Of a stretch of DNA of 64,000 bases, positions 10,887-22,426 are shown piece after piece (position 1 is the stretch's first letter; every line of letters begins with the position of its first letter). The DNA is from Spirochaetia bacterium (GTDB lineage: Bacteria > Spirochaetota > Spirochaetia > DSM-16054 > Sediminispirochaetaceae). The stretch lies in the NCBI GenBank assembly GCA_034520965.1, contig JAXHMY010000002.1, forward strand, positions 256,001 through 320,000, written 5' to 3'. The notes beneath the pieces are model-generated. The model was not told the origin of the DNA and made no database searches. It worked only from the letters and a program-made list of their open reading frames with translations. Position numbers and translations under genes: made by a program.

Positions 10887-11030
10887 CTACTCCTCTTTTA
10901 TGTGAAGAATCTCTTTGGTTATCGTTACAGCTAAGGTATTGATGGCTGTATTCAGATACTTCTTGTCGTTTATCTTCTGTTTAAGCTCTTCCAACTTTTT
11001 GGGATCAGTTTGCTTCGCAATCCGTATCAT
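10887..11030 (-). CDS. 47-aa small protein resembling the FlgM C-terminus (absent from the ORF track)
   Basis: MIRIAKQTDPKKLEELKQKINDKKYLNTAINTLAVTITKEILHIKEE. ATGA overlap with the yraN stop; its last codons supply the RBS of the next gene. Confidence 0.7.
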   Translation of the reverse strand: MIRIAKQTDPKKLEELKQKINDKKYLNTAINTLAVTITKEILHIKEE

Positions 11031-11383
11031 ATTACACCACTCTCTGTAAAGGCATCCTCAATATGGCGCAAGAACCCACTGTCAGCATCTATAAAAATTA
11101 CATCAAATCTTACCATAGATTCAGCGTATTTAGGGTTTTTTAGCAAAAAAACTTTACATGCCGCCAATGAGGCCCTTTGCTTCTTATAATCGACAGAATA
11201 CTCAATTCCATCCATCTCAACTCTACTCCATGTTTTTACTTCCACACAGACCAACAGCTCATTCTGCACTGCAATAATATCAATTTCACCTCGCTTACAA
11301 CGGTAGTTACGAGCAAGAATTTTATACCCATGCTCTTGTAAATAGTCACTTGCCATTGCCTCACCGTTGCGCCATGAGATCAT
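11027..11383 (-). CDS. yraN: YraN/UPF0102 family endonuclease-like protein (start approximate)
   Basis: GEAMASDYLQEHGYKILARNYRCKRGEIDII..VEVKT..RFDVI. Confidence 0.88.
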   Translation of the reverse strand: MISWRNGEAMASDYLQEHGYKILARNYRCKRGEIDIIAVQNELLVCVEVKTWSRVEMDGIEYSVDYKKQRASLAACKVFLLKNPKYAESMVRFDVIFIDADSGFLRHIEDAFTESGVI

Positions 11384-11409
11384 CTTACTCTCACTTTTTG
11401 TCGACTTAG

Positions 11410-12530
11410 CTTCTTCATTTCGCCCCACGCTTCCAGCTTTTACTGTAAAGCTGCCGCCAGGCGAATGATCAAATCGTACCTGTTTTTGCTTGTTCCGTCG
11501 GTATTTTTCTGACCGCTGCTGCTGACTCAAACGCGCACTGCGGTCTGAGGGGAACCTTCTTTTTGGTTCCGTACTACCTTCGCCAGCCGAGCCGTCGTTC
11601 AAGATAACAATGCTTCCCACCGGATAGATTCCCATGCTTTTTAAGAAGACCTTCAGTATCTCAGCATCGAACCTACGTGAATTATCATTCAAAATTTGCC
11701 GCATAGCCCGATAACCAATCATTGAATCCCGATAAGGCCGCTCTCTTACCATCGCCTCGTAGGCATCAACTACTGAAAGAATTCTTGCGGTCAGAGGGAT
11801 TTCTTTTCCCTTAAGCTGTTTTGGATACCCCTTGCCGTCCCACCGCTCGTGATGATAGAGGGCCGTTCTGCCGACTTCCTCCGCATACCCCAGATCCCGG
11901 GTGATTAACACGAGTCCGAGAGTGAAATCAGGATGGGCTGTCCATCGCTTTTCGCTCTTTCTCGGTAAGGGACCCCCTTTTATTCAAAATAGCCTTCGGA
12001 ATTTTCGTCATTCCAATATCATGAAGAAATGCGGCCGTTGCAAGATTCACCAGTTGATAATTCGGCAGTTTCAGATTCCTACCGATCAAGACAGCCAAGA
12101 TAATACAATTAACCGCGCTTTGCGAAAGTGAATGCTGTGTACTCTGTACCTGAAACATCGGACCAATCAACTGGTCCGGCTTTTCGATGAGCAGCTGGAA
12201 CACATTTTCCACTACCTCATCGATATCAATTTTATCAGGGAGTCCTCCCTCATTTGTCTGAATAAAAATATTATCCGCTAAATCAACCGCTTTATTATAT
12301 TCGAAGGTAGCACCTTCACCGTAAAACATGCGATCCTGAGGTGTGTCACTACTTTCTGTAAGAGATTCACCTTCGGTCTGAACCTCAGTCACCTCCCAGC
12401 GACGCAGCCGGTCAATATCCTTCTGCTTTACCTCTACCCCTTCAGGAACCAACAGATTTTCTCCGTCCATGTACACCGGTTTAGAGAACTTCATCCCGTG
12501 TTTTAGTTCATCAACTTTTATACTTCTCAT
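11410..12530 (-). CDS. HD-GYP cyclic-dinucleotide phosphodiesterase; frameshifted, 3' end approximate
   Basis: FLHDIGM in ORF 11928-12530; HHERWDGKGYP and VDAYEAM..RPYR in ORF 11027-11911. Confidence 0.85.
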
Positions 12531-12793
12531 ATTTCATCCTGCACATCAGCAATTGTAACATAAAGCTGGGCTATGACTTCATACAAGCCCTCCGGAATAA
12601 AACTACCGGCATCAAGGGTGAATAAAACTTCGGTCAAATCTTCCCGCTTTTCGACGGGAATTCCGTTTTCTTCGGCAATTTCAATCATCCTATCCGCCAA
12701 ACGGCCCTTTCCAGCCGCCGCTATAAAGGGAGCCGGTAAGTCTTTACTATACTTTAATGCAACCGCCTTGTTTTTTTCCACCACTATACTCAA
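12527..12793 (-). CDS. Stand-alone FlhB/EscU cytoplasmic-domain protein (YlqH/FlhX-like)
   Basis: KAVALKY...APFIAAAGKGRLADRMIEIAEENGIPV...IPEGLYEVIAQL. Confidence 0.85.
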   Translation of the reverse strand: MSIVVEKNKAVALKYSKDLPAPFIAAAGKGRLADRMIEIAEENGIPVEKREDLTEVLFTLDAGSFIPEGLYEVIAQLYVTIADVQDEI

Positions 12794-12794
12794 T

Positions 12795-13964
12795 TTATGC
12801 CGTCGTATCGACCCTTTTTAATAAGCTTATATCCTCCGTACCGAAGGGATCAAACTCAGAAGCCTCTCTTATAGTATCGTCAATTTCAAAGGACAGGTTA
12901 TTGAGTTTTTTACCTAATCTTGAAAGAATCTCGTCATTCGGCTGTCCCTGTTCACGGTTACCCCTGTATATATGAATTTTTGACCTGGAATCCGTTATTT
13001 GACCGGCAAAATGCCATGTAGAGGACTCAGGTTCCCTGTGCAGCATAAAGGTGAGGGTAAACTGCTGCGGTCGTCCTTCAGGGTCAAGCTGTAGACGCAG
13101 AATCCGGGGTGTTCCTCCGGAGGTTCCTCTGCAGACTGCGTTGCTTTGAAGGAAAGGGGAATAATAATCCAGTTTTTATGATTGGCTTGAATATGATTAA
13201 AAAGATGCAGAAGTGAGGCACCGGAACCTCGCCTGGTAATCTGCCTGTGCAGATCTTGTTCTATTAGTTTCTGTAATTGTTCTGTTCGTCGTACCGAGCT
13301 TTGGTTTTGACTTTGGGCTGTCCTATTTTCAGAATTATTTCCCTGTCTTTGGTCTGATGATTGACCTTGCCTATGTCGTCCCTGACGCCCCTGTGGCTGC
13401 TCATGACCATGACCTGCATCCTGCTGCTCCTGCTGAGCTGGAGTGCCCTCCCGCCGGCCGTATTCTCCTCCAAAGACAAGCAGCTGCAGACGCTTCATCT
13501 GTTCAGGGGTAAGGAAAAGCCCCTTGTCATAGGCAATGGCAAGTAAGCGGGAAGTCGCCGAATCTTTCACTTCTAACTGTGAAAACAGTTTGAGGGCCGC
13601 CCTCAGCGCTAGGCCTGGCGCGGGCGAAGCCCCTCGGCTACGTGAAAGCTTGAATCAGCATTCGGCTGTTCTGAGTATCCGGTAGATTTGAAGTTTGAAG
13701 TATGTTATTTAGCGCATGTGCCTGGCGATCAATTTTGAGCAGGAGTTTTCCGGATTCAATTTGCACGGTAGCTTTCAGACGTGCCCCAACCTCCAGCTGC
13801 AGGTCCGAGACAACTCTGACTTCTCGCCCCAACATCCGCACGACCCAACTATGCTCGCCGATCTTTCTTTGAACGCTGAACGAGATAAGACTGCCGGGCT
13901 TCACTGTTTGTTCGGTGAAGCCGGCTGTTATACTGTGTAAAAGCCCTATCGATGGCTGCTCCAT
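12795..13964 (-). CDS. Hypothetical protein, possibly FliK/YlqG-like; several frameshifts
   Basis: Three consecutive ORF pieces between rplS and the FlhB-like gene, with a Gln-rich linker; the family guess rests mainly on synteny. Confidence 0.45.
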
Positions 13965-13980
13965 GCAGCGGGGACGGCGT

Positions 13981-14355
13981 TTACTCGCCGGCCTTTTTAA
14001 TCTGGTCGCGACGTCGAATCAGCTCATTTACCTTGGCTGATTTTCCAACACGCTTACGCAGATAGTAGAGTTTTGCACGCCGCACACGACCGCGACGAAC
14101 AACCTCGATCCGATCGATCCGCGGTGAGTAGACCGGAAATACACGTTCTACCCCGACGCCGTATGACATTTTACGTACGATAAAAGTTTTTCGAACTCCC
14201 GAGTTTTTCATAGAAAGAACAATTCCCTGAAAAATCTGTATACGCTCGGTTTGCCCCTCAACAATCTTAAAATGCACTTTTACCGTGTCACCTATTCTGA
14301 AGTTATCGGCGTTTTCCTTCATCTGTTCTGCTTCAACTGCCTGAACTAAATCCAT
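13981..14355 (-). CDS. rplS: 50S ribosomal protein L19
   Basis: [45 protein letters not shown]. Confidence 0.98.
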   Translation of the reverse strand: MDLVQAVEAEQMKENADNFRIGDTVKVHFKIVEGQTERIQIFQGIVLSMKNSGVRKTFIVRKMSYGVGVERVFPVYSPRIDRIEVVRRGRVRRAKLYYLRKRVGKSAKVNELIRRRDQIKKAGE

Positions 14356-14381
14356 ATTATTCCCCTTCCTCTAAGGATCAT

Positions 14382-15049
14382 TTATTCCTTAAGTAAATCC
14401 GGCCTAAACCGTTCTGTTTTTTTTACTCTCTCTGCGTATCGCCACTTCTCTATTTCGGCATGGTTTCCGGACAACAATATCTCCGGCACCTTGTGGCCCT
14501 GAAATTCAGCTGGTCGGGTATAGTGCGGATACTCTAACAGACCATCCGAAAAGCTCTCTTCATCCAAAGATTCTTTTCTAATTACCCCATCTACCAACCG
14601 GTACACCGTATCAATTATTACCAAAGATGCCAACTCTCCCGAGGACATCACATAATTACCAATACAAATTTCATCATCAACATACATGTCGACGATGCGT
14701 TGATCAACTCCCTCGTACCTTCCGCATATAAATATCAGCTCTTCATCCTTCGATAGCTGCTCCGCATACTCTTGATGAAAAAGCTTTCCGGAAGGACTAG
14801 GGTATACAACCCGTTGTGCCGCCCCCCAACCGATTCCAAGGCAGCCGCCAGGGGTTCCGGCTTTATAACCATTCCCGCTCCGCCGCCGTAGGGCGCATCG
14901 TCGCAGGTACGGTGTCGGTCGATCGCAAAATCACGAAAATCGACGACTTGCATTTCGACTACACCCCGTTCGACCGCTTTTGCCATTATCGAACTATTGA
15001 AGTACTGTTCAATTATCTCCGGAAACAGGGTGAGTATTGTGTACTTCAC
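14382..15049 (-). CDS. trmD: tRNA (guanine37-N1)-methyltransferase; frameshifted
   Basis: ILTLFPE, DDAPYGGGAGMV, EICIGNYVMSSGEL, LLEYPHYTRP, spread over more than one frame. Confidence 0.95.
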
Positions 15050-15543
15050 AACAGAACCCAGTCATCCTTTAACTCGATAGTCTTAGCTTGTACATCGATA
15101 GTACCGATAAACTGTTCGGTCAACGGAACAATTCTTGTGCCGCCCTCAACCTTTATCTCGAGCAAGTCGGTAGCGCCGTTTTCAATAATTGATTTTACGG
15201 CCCCCACATCCTCGCCCTTATAAATAAGATGGCAGCCCTGCACATCGGCCGCATAAAATTCGCCGTCTTCCAGAGGGGCTGAAAGATCTCGATCGGCCCA
15301 TATTTCCGAACCGGACAAGAGCTTACCCGCCTCAGGCGAATTCACCCCCTCAAACTTGATCAAAACACCTTCATGCACTGTTTTGACCGCTTCTATGCGA
15401 TACACCTTCTCTCGATTGTCTTTTTTAAGCAGCACTTCCCGCATACTGGAGAAGTGCGCTGTTTCACCGGAGAAGCTCTTTACCTTTACGTATCCCTGTA
15501 CTCCATGGGAAGTACGCACGATACCTACAGCAAGCTTTTCCAT
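15046..15543 (-). CDS. rimM: Ribosome maturation factor RimM
   Basis: VGIVRTSHGVQGYVKV, LEDGEFY; canonical operon position. Confidence 0.95.
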   Translation of the reverse strand: MEKLAVGIVRTSHGVQGYVKVKSFSGETAHFSSMREVLLKKDNREKVYRIEAVKTVHEGVLIKFEGVNSPEAGKLLSGSEIWADRDLSAPLEDGEFYAADVQGCHLIYKGEDVGAVKSIIENGATDLLEIKVEGGTRIVPLTEQFIGTIDVQAKTIELKDDWVLL

Positions 15544-15788
15544 TAATCCAATATCTCTAGCACTATCCGTTTACCGGTTTTGGTAGCCGAAGCACTTAAA
15601 ATGGTACGAATCGCTTTTGCAATTCGGCCGTGCTTCCCGATTACCTTGCCAATATCATCTTGCGAAACTCTCAACTCTAGAATGGTAGATTTTTCGCCTT
15701 CGATCATATTTACAACGACCCCCTCAGGGTCATCAACTAGGGACTTCGCTACATATTCAACAAGTTCTTTTTCCACAACGTCCTCCAC
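15543..15788 (-). CDS. khpA: KH-domain RNA-binding protein KhpA (YlqC)
   Basis: [19 protein letters not shown]; lies between rpsP and rimM. Confidence 0.93.
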   Translation of the reverse strand: MEDVVEKELVEYVAKSLVDDPEGVVVNMIEGEKSTILELRVSQDDIGKVIGKHGRIAKAIRTILSASATKTGKRIVLEILD

Positions 15789-15833
15789 TACACGCAGTTA
15801 CACTACCATTTGTATTCTTTGAACTGTATCAGT

Positions 15834-16094
15834 CTACTTTTCGCGGTTTAGGAAGATATTATTTTTGTTGAGTAGACGCTTTACAGTCGGAGAGGGCTGG
15901 GCGCCCTTGTTAATCCACTCTTTAATTCTATCTTCGTTCAGCTTCAGCTGTTTCTCTTCCGCTACGATAGGATGATAGTACCCTACCTCTTCTAGCGCTC
16001 TGCCGTCGCGGGGCGCATCTTTATCCATAACTACCAAACGATAGTAGGGACGCTTTTTTGTTCCGAATTTCTTCAACCTAATTTTAACACTCAA
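15834..16094 (-). CDS. rpsP: 30S ribosomal protein S16
   Basis: VKIRLKKFGTKKRPYYRLVV..RDGRALEEVGYYHP..GAQPS. Confidence 0.98.
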   Translation of the reverse strand: MSVKIRLKKFGTKKRPYYRLVVMDKDAPRDGRALEEVGYYHPIVAEEKQLKLNEDRIKEWINKGAQPSPTVKRLLNKNNIFLNREK

Positions 16095-16120
16095 CTAGAA
16101 CCTCCTCCGGGTTTTTAACC

Positions 16121-17449
16121 TTATACACCAAGACTCTTCATCATTTGAGCCTGATATTTTTTATTTTTGGCGACCTTTTTCATCATCAGCCGCATTTTCT
16201 CAAACTTCTTGATAAGCCGGTTTACCTCAAATACCGAGGTACCGCTTCCTTTTGCTACTCTCTTTCTCCGCGAAGGACCAAGTATCCGGTGATTTCTTCG
16301 CTCCTGCCGGGTCATGGACAAAATGATGGCCTCTTCCCGCTTCATCTCACCTTCATCAATATCGTCTTCGCTAATATTGCCTTTGGCACCGGGGATCATC
16401 TCTAACAATGATTCCACGCTGCCCATTTTACGCATTCTGGCAAAGGATTCCAGGTAGTCTTCCAGGGTAAAGGTGGCACTGGCCATCTTCTGCTGCAGTT
16501 TCGCCGCTTCGTCCTCGTCGATTGTCTCCTGGGCTTTCTCAACCAGGCTGACTACATCTCCCATACCAAGAATTCGCGAGGCGATTCTATCCGGAAAAAA
16601 GGGCTCTAAATCGTCCGGTTTCTCCCCTACACCTATGTATTTCAGCGGCTTTCCTGTGACCGATTTCAGTGACAAGGCTGCACCGCCGCGGGTGTCGGAG
16701 TCGAATTTACTCAGCACCACACCGGTAATGCCGACCTTTTCATCGAACTCCTTCGCTATTTTCACCGCATCCTGACCAGTCATTGCATCCGCAACAAACA
16801 AAGATTCAACCGGTTGAGCCGCCTTATGGATTTTCTGGATTTCCTTCATCATTTCTTCGTCAAGATGAAGCCGTCCGGTGGTATCCACAATTACCGTATT
16901 GTACAGTTTTTTCTTGGCCTCCGCCAGGGCATGCTTGACCACTTTCACCGGGTCTTTGCTCTCTTCGGCATAGACCGGTACATCTATCTGCTCGCCAAGT
17001 ACCTGCAGCTGCTTTACCGCAGCCGGCCGCACTAAATCCGCAGCCACCAGAAGAGGTGAACGCCCCTCCTTTTTAAGCTGTTTGGCTAATTTGGCGGCGG
17101 TAGTTGTTTTACCGGAACCCTGAAGGCCCATCATCAGAATAACTGACTGGGTATCCGGCCCTTTTAACTCAAGCTTTTGGCGCTCATCACCCAAGAGTCC
17201 GACAATTCTATCATGCACAATCTTTATAAACTGTTGTCCAGGATTAACCGAGCGCAGTACTTCTTCGCCCTTGGCTTCTTCGATGGTTCGATTTACAAAC
17301 CTTCTCACAACCCTCAGATTGACATCGGCTTCAAGCAGGGCAAGTTTGATCTCTTCTACGGCATCCTGGATATTCTTTTCAGATATCGTGGACTTGCCTG
17401 AGACCTGCTTGACTATGTCACTAAATTTGTCGGATATTTTTTCCAGCAT
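16121..17449 (-). CDS. ffh: Signal recognition particle protein Ffh
   Basis: ALLEADV, GLQGSGKTT, DTTGR, RIASRILGMGD, M domain. TTGACA-N18-TATAAA upstream (17508 to 17479). Confidence 0.98.
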   Translation of the reverse strand: MLEKISDKFSDIVKQVSGKSTISEKNIQDAVEEIKLALLEADVNLRVVRRFVNRTIEEAKGEEVLRSVNPGQQFIKIVHDRIVGLLGDERQKLELKGPDTQSVILMMGLQGSGKTTTAAKLAKQLKKEGRSPLLVAADLVRPAAVKQLQVLGEQIDVPVYAEESKDPVKVVKHALAEAKKKLYNTVIVDTTGRLHLDEEMMKEIQKIHKAAQPVESLFVADAMTGQDAVKIAKEFDEKVGITGVVLSKFDSDTRGGAALSLKSVTGKPLKYIGVGEKPDDLEPFFPDRIASRILGMGDVVSLVEKAQETIDEDEAAKLQQKMASATFTLEDYLESFARMRKMGSVESLLEMIPGAKGNISEDDIDEGEMKREEAIILSMTRQERRNHRILGPSRRKRVAKGSGTSVFEVNRLIKKFEKMRLMMKKVAKNKKYQAQMMKSLGV

Positions 17450-17504
17450 ATACCTGTCATCCTAAGAGTTTTATTGTTTTTATACCGCATTTTGTGCCGC
17501 CATG

Positions 17505-18939
17505 TCAACGGATCTGCAAGAAATGGCGCTGAAGATACTTGATCCGCTGCTCTGCTCGCTGTCGATAAGGATCTGTAGGATAAAAAGATACAATTCTACG
17601 GTAGTATTCCGCCGATTGCCGCTCATCCCGGGGCGGCAGCAGGAGGAGCTGGTCAGATTTGTCCGAGTAAAAACAAAACACGACCCGTATGCTCGCCCCT
17701 TTCTGCGGTCAGTTCCAGATACAGTCGCAGAGCCTGTTCCGCCGAGGACTCCCGTTGGGCTTCGAATAAGAACTCACCCGCTTCAACTAAGAGTGCAATC
17801 TCCTCCTGCTTAGGCTTACCCAAAGCGAACACCCCGGATTCCAGCGGCTTGCGAAGCAAGGCTTTCAGTAGTTCCTCCGTGCCGGTTGGATTTTGTGAGC
17901 TTATGGTCTCTTCTAATAGATCAAATGAAAAATCAGTCTTATCAGATTGCATACTGGCCGTTTGAGTGCTGATCGCAGCTTGTGCATCCTCTTGGCCGGG
18001 CGCTTTCTGGTCTGCCACCTTAATCCCCAACCGTTCGATATCTGGACTTGTTGCCCAGAGCTGCTGTCCTGCTGCTGGAAAGACAGGGTATATCTTCCGA
18101 GGCCCTGTGCAATAAACACAAACTCCGTTGAATTGTCCTTGTAGCTGCGTGATTGAAACACAACCCCCTGCGCACTGGAGTCTCCCCGATTATAAATCCA
18201 CCCCAAACCCGGCAAAGTCAGATGTACATGCTCTCCCGGCTCTGCCCGGATGAGGTCCTCTTCTTGCTCAGTTTTTGGCTCTGTTTTTTGCTCAGTTTCG
18301 CGCTCGTCAGGGGCGGCTCGGGATGATCTTTCCGGTTTCTCTGGAATCTGCACATCGGTGGTGCCTTGGGCGTCCGTTCTGTCCGAGGCTTCAGGCGAGG
18401 CCGATTCACTGGGCGGGACGGATGCTGCCGGTGACGGACCTTTCTGAGGCTGCAGATTTTAGAGCTTCCGCCTGTTCGGTCGGAGCATCCTCCGCTTCAG
18501 CCACTCCATCTGCAAAATGAACCTCAAGTTGAGGGCTTAAAAGTAAAAACCGCACCTGACCTGATATGTGACTCTTCCTGTCGGGCAGTGATGCCTGGGG
18601 AACATCCGGCTGGTTCTCAACTTCTACCAGGGGCTCTACTTCCGATAGGGGTGACAGCTCCTGCGGAATGTTATCTTCTGGAATAACCTCTTCAACTGAG
18701 ACTTCGGGGGGCGTATTCTCATTTGATATTGCCCCATCTTCCTGCTCTAGCTTCCTCCTCAGCTTCCGGCTCTGTCTTTGTCTCTGTATTTTTTCTCTGA
18801 AGTCGGCTCAGAGACCACATCGGACTGTTGTCGAGGGGGCTGCGGAGGGGGTTCCGGGCCGGTAGGTGGGAGGAACAGAGGCGCAGCCGCTGAGCACACC
18901 CAGCGACAAAATAAACAGTACTACATAACGAAGCAGCAT
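17505..18939 (-). CDS. Putative lipoprotein with Pro/Glu-rich linker and TPR-like C-terminus; multiple frameshifts
   Basis: MLLRYVVLFILSLGVLSGC lipobox at 18939; pieces 17913-18353 and 17653-18030; ends AEQRIKYLQRHFLQIR*. Confidence 0.55.
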
Positions 18940-19335
18940 TTAGGGAATCTCCTTAAAAAACTCCTCAATCTCTCGATCGCTCGCTTTCTGCAGCACCTCT
19001 TGAATCAGTTTTTGTGGATCCTGCCAAAAAGCCTCCACCTGTTCCTCACTCCAACTGCTGTGTCTCTTACGGTATGGATGCCAATCCTGTTGATACAACT
19101 GAGTATACTCTTCGGGAATACGAATTTTCTGCAGTGCCGATTCGCTTGAAAGGGACTTTCCCAACAAATCGGCACCCGCGGAGCTGTCGGTGGCAGCATC
19201 CGGAGCTTTTGGAGGCTCTGAATCCGGCTCCCGACTGAGCACTAAAAAAACCAGAGTCCCAATTAGGGCTAACAGGGTCACGCCGGCTACTACCAATCCG
19301 TATATTTTAATTTCCTTCGCGCTCAGGAAGGCCAT
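18940..19335 (-). CDS. Hypothetical single-pass membrane protein
   Basis: One N-terminal hydrophobic helix; overlaps the smc end and abuts the next gene. Confidence 0.65.
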   Translation of the reverse strand: MAFLSAKEIKIYGLVVAGVTLLALIGTLVFLVLSREPDSEPPKAPDAATDSSAGADLLGKSLSSESALQKIRIPEEYTQLYQQDWHPYRKRHSSWSEEQVEAFWQDPQKLIQEVLQKASDREIEEFFKEIP

Positions 19336-22280
19336 CGGCGATCCCCTCCTCATCTGCATCTTCTTTTTCAGTATCCTCTCCGTCCAAGTCCATCAGACGC
19401 TGCTCATCACGGCTCCGGCCATCACCGTCACCATTGTTATCATCACCAGCTCGGCCGGCCCGTTCCACTACATCGCCATTTTCCGCTAATCGAACTGCAA
19501 TAACCTTCGAGACACCGGATTCCTGCATGGTCACACCAAGCATGGTACGAGCCCCGGCTACGGTCTTTTTATTGTGTGTTATTACCACAAACTGAGAGGA
19601 GTTTCCGAACTCCATTAACAGGTTGATAAACCGTCCCACATTTCCCTCATCCAAAGCGGCATCGATCTCGTCTAGAATACAGAAGGGCGAGGGTTTTACC
19701 ATATAGGTGGCGAACAGCAAGCCCACTGCCGTCAGAGAACGCTCACCTCCGGATAAAAGGGCAATATGTTCAAGGGCTTTTCCCGGGGGCTGGGCAAATA
19801 TCTCGATACCCGACTCTAATACATTATCGGGGTCGCTCAATTTCAGCTCACCCCGTCCGCCGCCAAAGAGACGACGGAACATGGAGTGGAAGTTTTTTCG
19901 GATTTGGTCGTAGGTCTCTAAAAAGAGTTCCGTGGATTCGGTTTTTATTTCCTGGGTAATCTGCTGAAGATCCTCCCGGGCCTCGTACAAATCCTGCAGC
20001 TGGCCGGAGAGAAAATCGTAACGCTCTTTTACTTCTGCAAACTCCTCCGGCGCCATAAGGTTCACCTGTCCCAGGTCCTTCAGCTTCTGGCGGATATCCT
20101 GCAGCTCCGGCTTGAGCTCCTGAACAGAAGTAGTTATATCGAACATCCGGCTTTCGAACTCAGTTAATTCCCGCCCGTGACGGTCTTGAAAATTGGAGTA
20201 CATGCTCCGGATTTCAGTTTGCAGGGAGGCCACTTCCACCTGCAGTTTTTCTACTTTATCCTGCAGCTTACCAAGATTATCCATGCGCTTTTTAAGGCTG
20301 CTCTCTTTGCTCTTCAGGTCCTTATTGTGGTTGGAAATGCCCGATTCAAGGCTCTTGAGGTTCTTCTGGAGCTCCTTCTCGCGAGCTGCAAGCTCCGTCT
20401 GTTTTTCAGCAATCCTAGCCAGTTGAGTTTCAATCTCCCCTATCCTGGCAGTATTTGCTTTCAGGGTTTTTCGGTTTTCCTCAAGCAGTCCCTCCTGCTC
20501 TTCAAGCTGACGCCGCAGTCCCTCCAGGGAGTCTCCGGCGGCCTTCTTCTGGGTATATACCTGGACACGATTTACCCGCAACTCCTCAAGAGTTTTGCGA
20601 TACTCATCTATTTTCTCGCCTAACTGGTTGTTTTCGGTTTTCAGCTCCTCTAGGCGTTCCGTATTAGTGTTCTGTGTACTGCGGCCGGCATCAATAGCCT
20701 GCTCGATAGATCGTTTTCGGGTGATAATACCTTCCGGAGCCAAGAACTCATCGAGAAATGCGGGAATAGAATTATGATATTCATCAAAGAGCTGCTCCAA
20801 CTCTTCGGTTTTTGAAGCGACCTCCTCAAAAGCGTTCAAAGCTTTACTTAGCGCCTCCTTCAGGTCGGCAGCGTTTTTTCCGGCGGTGCTCTGCATATCC
20901 TTAATCAGATCGTTTTTTCCCTGCACCTGAATAACTGTTTCCTGCAGCAGCTGTCGAAACGCACGCTCGGCATCACGCCGTTTATGGGAGGAGTAGCCGC
21001 TCTCATCAAGCTTCTGATCCAACTGCGCTACGATATCGTCGGTGATGGTATGCAGCTCTTTCTGGTAACCCTGTATCTCCTGTTCGATGCGTTTATTCGC
21101 AGTTTCAAGCTCGGAGATAACTTGACGGTTATGCTCGATTCTTCCCCGGGCATTTTCGATACTACTTTCAAATTCGGATATGTTTTTATCAATTTGTTCT
21201 AAACGTGTCTTATACTCTTCAAGCTGTTTTTGGAGCTCCGCAGATTGTTTCTGCAGGGCCGTCATTCTCTCGTTGATGCTCTTCTCTCGCTGCTCAGCGG
21301 CCTGGTTCTGACGGCGTATTTCTTCCATTCGTTCGCTCAACATTGAGCGCTGATTTTCGTGATTGTTCTTTTCAATATCCAGACCGTACAGCTTTTTCTG
21401 CCCTTCAATGAGCTGAGACTCCATACTGTTCACCTGGTCAAGATTCTTTTCTAGGTACTCGTTGATTTCATCAATAGCTTTCTTGAGGGCATCCCGCTCT
21501 TTCAGCCTTTCATCCAGCTGCTCTTCCCGCTCCTGCTGCTTCTGCGTCAGAGTCTTTCAAGCTTTGAGCGGCTGAAGGTCGAGCTCCGGGCTAAACGCTT
21601 TTTCGTTATACTACTCGATATTTTGCAGTTTTTTCGGATTGTACTTTGAGGGTATTGTAGGAACGCTTTACCTCCCGCAGTATATTTTCAACCTGCTGCA
21701 TATTTTCTTCGGTTTCGCTTCAGCTTCTGCGCTCTATCTGCCGGTACTTACCAATATTATTGTGACTTCCGGCAGAGCCTGTGTCGAACAGAAAATCACC
21801 GCTGCCTACGGTTATTGTAACGACAAAATTTGGTCTATTTTGCCCTGCTCCATAATCGAATAGGCGGATTTACCGATTCCGGTATCAAAAAAGAGTTCAC
21901 GCACCTCCTTGAGCTTTACGGGAGTACTATTTATAAAGTATTCGCTCTCCCCAGAACGGTGGAGTCTGCGCTTTACCGCAATTTCGGGCATATCCATTTG
22001 ACCGAGAGCCGTCTATTCGTTTGGGAAGTCCAGGGTTACTATCGGCAGCCACATTAAGGGCCTTACGGGTTTCGGTGCCGTTAAATATGATATCTTCCAT
22101 GCGGTCGGCCCGCAGTGAACGGGTAGACTGTTCTCCCAATACCCATTTTACTCCATCAACTACATTACTTTTCCCGCAGCCGTTCGGCCCCAGGAGGGCG
22201 CTAATTCCATCGCGAAATTCTATTTTACTCCGATCGGCAAATGATTTAAAACCGAACAGTTCAACACTCTTTAAAAACAC
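19307..22280 (-). CDS. smc: Chromosome segregation protein SMC; several frameshifts at about 21430-22050
   Basis: GFKSF, GPNGCGKSN Walker A, long coiled coil, LLSGGERSL signature, CILDEIDAALD Walker B/D-loop, VVITH. Confidence 0.93.
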
Positions 22281-22426
22281 CTAATATTCATCCTCTTAAT
22301 TGCATTAATGTGTGTGTATCTTTGCAGACAGCACCCCAGCCGGATGCCTCAACTCACTATAACATAGAAGCCGAGGGCCGTGAATAGACACTGTACAGGG
22401 AGACAAAAAATCGCTACCTTCCTTGT

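Noticed and set aside
11027..11911. Apparent HD-GYP-YraN fusion protein in the ORF track
   Set aside because: The junction region reads as out-of-frame sequence within an indel-rich stretch; two adjacent genes are more likely.
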